A stretch of DNA of 64,000 nucleotides from NCBI GenBank assembly GCA_003344405.1, contig NOWV01000126.1, positions 124,001-188,000 on the forward strand, in the 5' to 3' direction. Below the pieces are notes generated by a model. The model saw only the letters and a list, made by a program, of their open reading frames with translations, did no database searches and was not told the origin of the DNA. This document shows, piece by piece, positions 54,971 through 64,000 of the stretch. How positions within the stretch are numbered: the first letter of the stretch is position 1; every line of letters begins with the position of its first letter. The translations under genes and the position numbers were made by a program. Source of the DNA: Trichoplax sp. H2 (Eukaryota).

Positions 54971-57900
54971 TTAACTATAATTCCAGCCACATATCATATC
55001 CGCTAAGACGTTCAATCGATCCTGCCCAAAGATTATAGGTCCGTCGTTAAGTTGGAAGGTGGGAACACCGAATGCTCCATTTTCGAGAGCCCTATTCGTA
55101 TTTTAATAAAAAAGACATGATAAAATCAATATTAAAAAGTGAAAATTTATAAATATCTGAAAGATGTAATCAATCTGTATTATACGAGACCGTAACCTGG
55201 TGGTATTGTGCCTTAGTTGGTTTCTGACTTGGTCACTTTTAACTTCTGTTAAAATTTTTGAAGAACTTAAGCCACTCTCTTCAATTATTTCGGCTACAAC
55301 CTGTAATCGTTGTTATAATAAATTTTAAAAGTATCAGCTATTTAATGAACTACTCTCAGCGTAATATAGATATCGAAAATTAAATGTAAAGTAACTTACT
55401 TTATCATCACCAATGTTCCGATTTTCTTCCCAGGCAGCTTTAACTGGTTGAGATTAGAGAAAATATTGCTTACTAATATTCTTTATTATGGTTGTATCTA
55501 TAGAACTATGTTATCTTCATCTTCCTTAATAAAACAATTAGAAGTATTAAATTCTAGTTATCATATCTAACTACATGTACATAATAGTCTTACATATTCT
55601 ACTGCGAAGCTCGGAGCTGTTGTTAACAATTGTCGCACGTAATGGCGTGATTGTTGGCATGGGAAAGCTAACATTAAATTTAAAGCTGCCATTTCCTAGA
55701 TAATCTAGATGATCATATATATCGGCCATGGTTGCTTTCACTATGGCAGGCTTTATTGCTTGTATTGGTACCTGTAACATCAAGCAACAGCCAGGTATTA
55801 TTTAAACTCAGATAACATGAAAAGCTATGAAAGACTATGGCTAGCTAATACATCCAAATTATGTTCAACTTACGATCGGGTTTCCTAGAGTTTTGAAGAT
55901 TCCTCCAATAACAACAGGCACATACTCAACTTCTACGTTAATAGGACTCAGCTCTTTCACAAAGTTGGGTAGCTGCAGCGAATTAGTAAATATTTTACAT
56001 TAGTGAAATTTGGTTTAACGATCATATAATCTTCAGATTAGAATATCATCAATATTATTTCATCTACTAACGCGAATAGATGCTATATAGCTCCAGTAAC
56101 TGCTAAAATCAAAATAAAATGTCAACTTAGCATCACGACTAGCGGCAGCAGAATCCGGTGTTGCTAATCTCAACTCTCTTGCAGATTTGTTGCCAATGGC
56201 TCTTTCCACAAAATGTAATCTATCAACTCCACGAAATAGCTTTCCCGAGACGTAGAAACTATATTCAAAGTTGAATCAAAATTAAGCTGCGACAAAAATA
56301 GCACTTTATCATTACCATATTGACGGAATTACGTGCCTGGGCAATCGATATACACCTCTTTCAGATGCTTCCTCGTTGAATGACTGTAATTGGCTTTCCC
56401 CTTTGTCTATTTGCTCCTTAACATTCACTGATAGCCCAAGCTCTTTTACCACAGACTCTAATGACTTTCAATAGCAAGTTTAGTTAATACTTATTCATAT
56501 GAACATTGAAGCTAATATATGGGCATAAAGGCATATAATTACAATTGAATCTGCACTAAAGTAAATTATCAAAAAATTTCTCTCTTTAGTACCACATTTG
56601 TAGTAATTATAACGAAATAGGCGTTTATCATTTCCTTGTTATGGCAATCTTTCAATCTCGTTGGAATTGACTACTTTAAGGGCACTATACTAACTTCGCT
56701 TTCTAGAATATCAGAATTCCTCTCCCAGTACTGTTGATATAAAGCTACAGACAACCGTTGCCTGATGGTATTGTCATCAATTGATGCTAATAATCTTTGA
56801 GCGTTGTGACTGCGCTCGAGATTGTTGTTCTTAGCTTCCAAATGAGCTGGTATTTGCAGCCTTTTTGCTATTATTTGAAGGTCTATAGTTGATATAAGAG
56901 GAGAGAATAAGTAGAGTCAGGATAAGTGCAAACCGTATAGCAGTATTAAGTTAATGCCTTGAGATATTTAGATGGCATTTATATGGTACAAATACTGTAC
57001 ACGTTAACTTTAGTTCATTAACGTCACTAATTTGAAAATTACTATGCGCCTACTGTACACGATACGAAAAGTGACGACCTCTCTGCATCCATTTCAACTT
57101 GGAAGAATTACGAATTCCATCGTCGGTGCTTGTATTTCCTAAAATTGAACCTACGATACGAGATAAAACCAACATAGGATTGCATTAAGCTCCATATTTA
57201 CAAAGAGGCCAAAGTCTGCTATGGCTATAAGATAGTCCGGCAGATGCATGAACGACATAACAAACAACACTTTCCAGCTGGCGACTAAGTACATTTGTCA
57301 GATTTAATCTTTAACTTTTATAATGACGAAATTGTGGTCTATTTAGTATCTAAAAAATAATATTGGCGAATATTACTAAATAGCAATGAGAGAGCACTGG
57401 TGAGATGCAGCGAGATCTTATTTATTATTTGTTACGCGAACGTGTAAGGGCGGTTAAGGTTAGCAGTTATAGTATTGATGTTGATGTACCCGTTTAGTAT
57501 CATAAGGATCACCAATTTACTTGAAAATAATAAATTTTAGCCACTTGGCAAGCGAAGTTTTGCAATATGTTATTCTATTATGTGCAAGGTATGCAAAACC
57601 ACATTGTTACGCAACATTTACAATCCAACATTAATATATAATTCATGATTGAAATGCATTTGGATATATTTTTCTAGATTGTTACCTTCCAAAGTAGAAC
57701 TATAATATTCACTATCATCTGGAACTATTTTATATACTCGCATTATCATGAAAAGCCCTTGCATTACGAGTATGAACTATGATATTATTTAAGTAGCTGC
57801 AGCAATTATTTAATTAAGAGTGAAAAGAATTCATCCACTTTGACTTTCATCAAATTACATCCATCAATGATCATTGTTGTGATTTTTCGAATTCATCAAC

Positions 57901-58801
57901 CAGTACCTATCAACATGTGAATATTAGGACTCCCCTTGGCCTCACGTAGGGCTAGAAATAAAAATAGTAGTATCAACAACACTAGAAACGAGCAGTAGGG
58001 TAGGGTCGGGCAGCTCCCAGCTTGTAATGTCGCTCGATCCAGCAAGCGGTGCCCAGCAAAACATTGCTTCGCTTAATAGTACGATTGCAGCTGGTTTTAT
58101 CTTACCGTCAAATAGATCGTAATCGTTGCACTGAAATGATTCTGTGATTGAACATACTGAAGCCCAATTACGTTAAATTAGTCAATAGATGTTTCTATCG
58201 ATAAGTATTGCTATAAGATGATTCATTAATACAGCTGGATTTATCTTACTGTCAAATGGATCGTAGTCGTGATTCTGTGATTGAACATACTGAAGCCCAA
58301 CTACGTTAAATTAGTCAATAGATGTTTCTATCGATAAATATTATTACAAGGTGATTCATTAATACAGCTGGATTTATCTTACTGTCAAATAGATCTTAGT
58401 CGTAGCGCTGAAATGATTCTGTGATTGAACATACTGCAGCCCAATTACGTTAAATCAGTCAATAGATGTTTCTATCGATAAGTATTGTTACAAGATGATT
58501 CATTAATACTAGCTCGGCAGACAGTTCAATAAAATCAGTTCCTCGTTGAGTGACTTCGGAGCAAAGGTATCTAAGCTGATGTGAGTAGATAAGCGATACT
58601 GAATCCCTGAGACTCCTAAAAATTTACAAATTCGTTTTCAAGTAAACCTTGTCACAACGCTGCTTCGTAATACTTACCAATAGTAATCGGTTTCCATAGT
58701 ACTTTTACCTCTTTATTTCTTAGCAATGGCCGAATAGCATAAGAAGAGAGGTAGGAGAAGGGACAAGCAACATCATAATAGAACTCAATCAGCCGCGACA
58801 T
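54971..58801 (-). CDS. Tandem two-domain DsbA/GST-kappa/HCCA-isomerase-like protein, paralogue C (10 exons, 414 aa)
   Basis: Exons 58801-58678, 57150-57079, 56882-56695, 56464-56337, 56258-56072, 55972-55874, 55771-55594, 55443-55400, 55300-55197, 55091-54971; 1245 nt in frame if intron 4 uses a GC donor. Motifs YYDVACPFSY, GVYRLPSF, RGVDRL, YFDFSSYWSY, GAFGVPTF, FGQDRL; ends WNYS. Confidence 0.88.
58088..58508. repeat. Tandem repeat, 3 units of 144/133/144 bp, in intron 1 of paralogue C
   Basis: Units start CAGCTGG at 58088, 58232 and 58365 and are highly similar. Confidence 0.92.
58510..58672 (+). mobile_element. LTR family B-like 3' segment in intron 1 of paralogue C
   Basis: Aligns with reverse complement of 29180-29345 (cagacagttcaataaa, gatactgaatccc.gagact, cttgtcac). 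Confidence 0.6.
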
Positions 58802-58999
58802 TGAACGTTTTTGGTTGACAAACTATAAACGATTAATTAATACAACAAGATGTGCAACGGCGGCGATCGCCTATACGGTAGCTCTTACCGGCTTATCCGC
58901 TATACAGGTCTACAGTGCTGTATCTTATTTGGCCCATTGTGCACTATACTCTACAGTAACAGACATTGCACGTTCGTGTACAATGCCAATCAAGAAATG

Positions 59000-59448
59000 G
59001 AATGAATTAATTAAGACTAAACTTCCTGCACTACGCTGTAAATTGAGAGCTTCTATATGTTTCAATGGACTTCGAGCCTGTAATTTTACAAATATTGGTA
59101 CCACTGAGAATGAAAACATTTTTACTGTTGTTCAGTGTACCGAATAATTCATACTGATAGCTTATCCACCACTGTTGATCGCTAAAAGCAATGTTGTGCA
59201 ATGGAGCAAAAAGGCAACCCCAACTTAATCAAATTGTTGATTTTCTAACCCGAAATGAATGCAATCGCTATACAAACACTGTATCTGTACAGTGTAGAGT
59301 GCCAATAATGGATTAATACTACACTTCTTCCACTTCGTTGCAAATTGAGATTTTCTATATGATTCAATATACATTGCTGTAGACTTCTACAGCTAGTAAT
59401 TTTACAAATGATTGGTATCACTGAGAATGGAAACATTTTTACTGTTGT
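59000..59448. repeat. Direct repeat pair of ~130-145 bp upstream of paralogue C
   Basis: ~59000-59130 versus ~59308-59448; both end cactgagaatg.aaacatttttactgttgt. Confidence 0.8.
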
Positions 59449-60365
59449 GCATCCCTTTTTAGTTAGTTGGTCGGTTAGATAGTCAACTAGTTTATCAATT
59501 GCTATTGAATTGTAAAGACTATAATCTTGGGTGCCAAGATTTCTTCAGTAATAAATAGTAGTAAATCTCTGACTACCTCGTCTACACTATCAGTGACGCT
59601 ATAATTATACTATAGTATTCGGTCGTTGGGACTGAATTATTTAGTAATATAGCTAATTTCGCCTCTTTAAGTCAGTAAGTGGCGTTCTCCGCAAGGATTG
59701 GCGTGTGTAGACTACTTTGTCACTAGTGGTGTGTGACAGTGCTTGTTATGGTTTAAGATATTATTAATTAACAATGTGATAATGTTATTGAAGTAGAAGT
59801 AGACGGTTACGTTTAGATAATCGTAAATATTATGATCTGTTGAAAAATTGTGAGATTCAATCGTTAAAGGACTTCCATTAACGAATGTGTAGAAGTAAGG
59901 TACTTAATATGCCAATGACGTGTAATAACCGAAATGGCGGTTGTCACACTTGTAGGGAATCTGTTAAATCTTAAACAGGATTTAAGTTGTTAATTGGGGC
60001 TATAATATTATTAGCGCATAATATCAATTAACACATATTTGTCCGATAGTAATTAATAGGATTACAAAGTTATAGAAAAGACTAAGTTATGTATAAGAAT
60101 AACTAACAGATTGCAAAGGTGTAGAATTGATATAAGTATATAAGAGGTGGTAATTTACCTCGCTGGAGAGGAGGAAAATAAGGAGACCTAATAAAGTTAG
60201 TTTAGTAAATTTATCCAGACGCTTCTAGTCCGCCTTTTACTGTTGACTGAGGTCCTTCGCTGAAGTAGAGTGAATAGTGACGCTTGGTGGCAGTTTTACT
60301 GTATGACAGAATGGAGTAGGGATAAATGTGGAAAGGGAACTCGATTGTTGCAAACGACGTTGTGG

Positions 60366-60572
60366 CAGTGCTATACTTCTACAGCTCGTAATTTTACCAA
60401 TATTGCTACAAATGCCTCGCTCGAGTTGGGTTTCGGCTTGACTTTGCTGCAAGAGGGCAACTTCTGTATGTTTCAATATGCAGTGCTGTACAGTGCTGTA
60501 CTTTTACAGCTAATAATTTTACAAATATGGCTACAAATTTCCTCCCCGAGTTGGCTTTCAGATTGACTTTGC
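60366..60572. repeat. Direct repeat pair of ~80 bp sharing a core with the 59.0-59.4 kb repeats
   Basis: ~60366-60448 versus ~60492-60572; core actt.tacagct..taattttac.aatat. Confidence 0.75.
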
Positions 60573-60851
60573 ACATCCCTAGCTAAAAGTCCAAGGATAG
60601 TAAGAGTAATCCTACCAGCAGAGCTTCAATATTAACTGATTAATTAATTAATTATCAAGGCATACATTATAGCACAACACAGTAGATAGTACAGTATGAG
60701 GGCTGGAACGCACAGGAAAGAAGTTTATTGTCACATAGTTGAGATGAGTAATAAACAGATATTTGCAATAGGAGAAGTGCACGTTAGAGAAACATGTGTT
60801 AAGTAATATTGAGAATAGAGAGAAACCAAAATACTCACCGTACAATAGACA

Positions 60852-61155
60852 CAACCATCTGAATTAATGTTTTTTATACGCTTTTAGTAGACTCGAAACT
60901 GTCCAACTGGTGCAGTATGTACTGTACTTAAGAGCACGTCTTGGAAAAAAAAAAATTGTAAATACCGCCATTTTCTGTATTGACTATAAAAATGATAATA
61001 TTAACTCTTTTTAGACGACGAAAAATAAAATAAGTTTGCGCAACCCAAAAATCATCGTATTGACAAATATTTTTAATCGACATGTTCTTAAGGGCATAAT
61101 ACACCAGTAGGACAGTTTCAACTAAGTGTCCAAAAAATATTAATTCAGATGGTTG
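60852..61155. mobile_element. MITE-like element with ~90-bp imperfect terminal inverted repeats
   Basis: caaccatctgaattaat...gaaactgtcc.actggtg...cttaaga.ca.gtc at ~60852-60940 is mirrored at ~61078-61155; non-coding core. Confidence 0.7.
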
Positions 61156-62815
61156 GGTGCAGCGTTGTTCATAATTAAATGTTTAATGTACTATAGAACA
61201 ACAAGAAGATTGAAAGGGCATACATTACATACTAATTAAACTGTTACGATGAACTTATAAAATTCTTTGGTAATTTCTTGTAACTAGTAGAATCGTACTT
61301 GTACCTATTAGTAATTTATGACGACCTCAACGTTCGAAAAAATCATAGTTACATCAAATCAATCTATCCATTTTTAGGAACGTACGAGTACAGTATATGG
61401 TCTATCCTTTTATCGAGAATTAGTCTGCAAATAATCGTTACGGATAAAACTTTTATCACATGCTACAAACCTTTTATGTAGCTCGAATATCTACCTAATC
61501 ATCATTCATTGAAGGATAAAAATTCAATTCAACGACGGTTATTACACCATTATTGATATCATGTCTTGATATCAGTAAATATGCGATAGTTGAAAACAGT
61601 ATGAATTTATTATTACAGGCTTTATTCAAATGTTGCATTTTCAATAAATAAAATATGGCTACATTTGGTATCATTTCGCTACACAGCTTCTTCACTCTTG
61701 AGGTTAAAAGTAGGCTTTTTGTGTCAAGGGTCTTGAAAATCTGTTTCCTAATATATTTACAAATAAAGATGAGATATGGTTGAGATATTTAATTACAAAC
61801 GTACTGTCGTTCAAAGAATTGAAGCAGTTATACTTCCGATACAAGCTTGTAAGTTTTTCTATTAGTTGTACAGCCATTTTACTAGACAGTAATGCGATAG
61901 TTGTGATATTGTAAAATAGACCTACTTCCCGACCATCCATCCTAGTAGACAGTAAACTCGGATAAGTACGTGATAGACGTTACAGAAATGGAGGCTGCAA
62001 TTTTATTATGATGAGCTAGACCCCTTATTGTATCAAGTATTAAGTGCTATTTTCCATAGTAAGTAAAAAAATAAAAAAATAATAATAAAATCTCGTCTCT
62101 TTTATACTTTTTATCAAAAGAAATAGAAGACCGCATTTCATTTAATTCTGTCTATCGGAAGGAGACAAAAACTTCAGACTTGACTTAAGCATGGTTACTT
62201 TGAGCTAGCAATGCCATAATTTAATACCTGGAAATTATGAATAATCAAAGTTCTCGTTTTAAACAATTAGTGGGTTAATACAATATGACAATAGACGTAC
62301 AGACTCAATTAAGTTCTAATTAATTTTTGAATGGTTGAAGAACCTTCGTAAACAATCATTGTTAGATTTTTTTTATCGTTAATTAATGATGAATAGATCA
62401 GGGTGCTGCACTCAGTCTTTGACGAGCCTACACCGTATCACGTTAACTGATCAAGGTTAAAACATTACTCATCTCAATGATTAGTTATTGATGTACAACA
62501 AGTTTTCCGCTTATAAAAATAATTACGCGACAAAACCGTTAGTTATTTTAAATTTTATGAAAATCTTGCATATATAAACTCTTGGAATAAAATTATGATG
62601 TTAATTTACGAGCATTTGGGGTTAGAGTAAGGGTTAGGAATAGTGTAAGGTCATATCTAAGTCTATTAAAATACCAAGGGATGACCAAGGCTGTTCTTAA
62701 ATATTGAAATTAAGCTTAAATTCTATGGTCCTTCCATCAATTAGATTTACATGAAATAAAAAGATAATTTTCATATTCAGAGCTTTTATATTTAAAATAT
62801 TTTAGTTTGCATACG

Positions 62816-63174
62816 TGTCACGATGTTAAAAACTACCATTAAGTATTGGTACATTATATTGATCATTATAAACACTTGACAGCTTGTCGTTAGGTTATAG
62901 ATTGTAAAACTAATCCATTTTCCAGTATGGGCGAATGAATTAGTGAGATACCTAATTTGTTAAAAGAGCTCAAAGGTCAGGTCGTGTTCTAATCATGATG
63001 GCTTCGTGTTAGATGCATGCTCTAACGTATTTTAAAATAAGGTATGAAACTTAAGGAAACGGTTCAATTATCAAGGACAATTAATCTTGATAAGTATATC
63101 GAGAAAAAAGAAGACCAGAAATATCTACGGTGTATTTTTGTCATTAAAAAATAAGATATCTATTTTCGGTGACA
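62816..63174. mobile_element. Candidate short solo LTR (359 bp)
   Basis: TGTCAC...GTGACA termini flanked by ATACG/ATAAG (4 of 5 match); single copy in this window. Confidence 0.4.
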
Positions 63175-64000
63175 ATAAGTCAGACAGTGTGTCAGATAGT
63201 GCGATGGGGTTTATTTTAAGTTGAATTCAATCGATTAATCATAAAATTTTTACTAAGAAATTTAGAAATTCCAACGCCATATAGTTTGTCATTATGCATC
63301 AGTAATTGCTTCAACCGTGAGAAAGCGAATTATCTTTCTTGTCCCATTTGATTTAAGGTCATCTGTATCTGTGCATGTTATAGTACGTTGAATCTATCTT
63401 TTGTTCTTCTGTAGTTAATTGATTTAGAGTTTGACTCTATCGGTTTGATTTGACAATAAAATTTCCAATTAGGTTTCATAAGTTAGATCGTGAATTTTTC
63501 CTTATATCGAAATTTTATATAACCGAATTTCAAGAAAATCAATTTAATAATAGTTCTGGTCAGTCTAATCTTGATTTCGATAGCAAACCTACGTTTGTTA
63601 TCAAATTAGACAATATTAAGATATGGCAACATTAATCGTAAAAAAAACAATCTTATTTACGGTTAATATTTCCATCGCTTGTGCGTAGTTACGATCTAGA
63701 CAATCCTCTATTAGCAGATCTAGCTTCTAAAGTTTTCTCATAGTCTTTGTTATTCCTAATTATCTAACTATGAATAAGATGACAAAGCTAAAAGCGATAT
63801 TTTGACGAAACATTGTGACAAAATTTCGTGAACGGTTATACTATCTTGCTAACGCAAGGAATAACTTACAAATAGAAATAGAAAATACCTGCACGTAATC
63901 TTAGACTGAGATTCCTACATTTTCTAACTATTACAGTAGGCGTTGCAATCTACACTGCAGTGAAACAATAATCTATCATTATAGGCTGGCATAATATCTG

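Noticed and set aside
58088-58508. CRISPR-like array
   Set aside because: Whole 133-144-bp units repeat with no unique spacers, inside a spliceosomal intron, with no cas genes
59731-59949. GTGTGACA...TGTCACAC inverted termini
   Set aside because: Only 8 bp, no TSD and no second copy
58815-60566. 110-aa and 98-aa ORFs and their antisense partners
   Set aside because: They overlap non-coding direct repeats, have non-ATG starts on the + strand and show no recognisable motifs
62617-62650. Telomere-like GGGTTA motifs
   Set aside because: Only two or three degenerate units; not an array

Overview
AT-rich eukaryotic genomic DNA with spliceosomal introns and six 20-N gaps. It is probably an early-branching animal: compact introns plus an array of intronless orphan GPCRs suggest a placozoan (inference only). 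Left part (1-40 kb): four co-oriented single-exon rhodopsin-class GPCR paralogues with a Y-R-x variant of the DRY motif, set among solo LTRs of several families, many with verifiable 5-bp target-site duplications (TSDs). At four gap loci the assembly holds both an LTR-filled and an empty allele. Right part (42-59 kb): three intact 10-exon paralogues, reconstructed by hand and mostly missed by the ORF track, each encoding a ~415-aa protein made of two tandem DsbA/kappa-GST/HCCA-isomerase domains. Domain 1 has a Cys (CPFS) site and domain 2 a Ser (SPWS) site; one paralogue ends in a peroxisomal SKL. A rearranged pseudogene lies in the same cluster. Upstream of the central paralogue is a dense field of TACAGTA/TACTGTA motifs, shown by repeat alignment to be 5-bp insertions at TA, the Tc1/mariner excision-footprint pattern.
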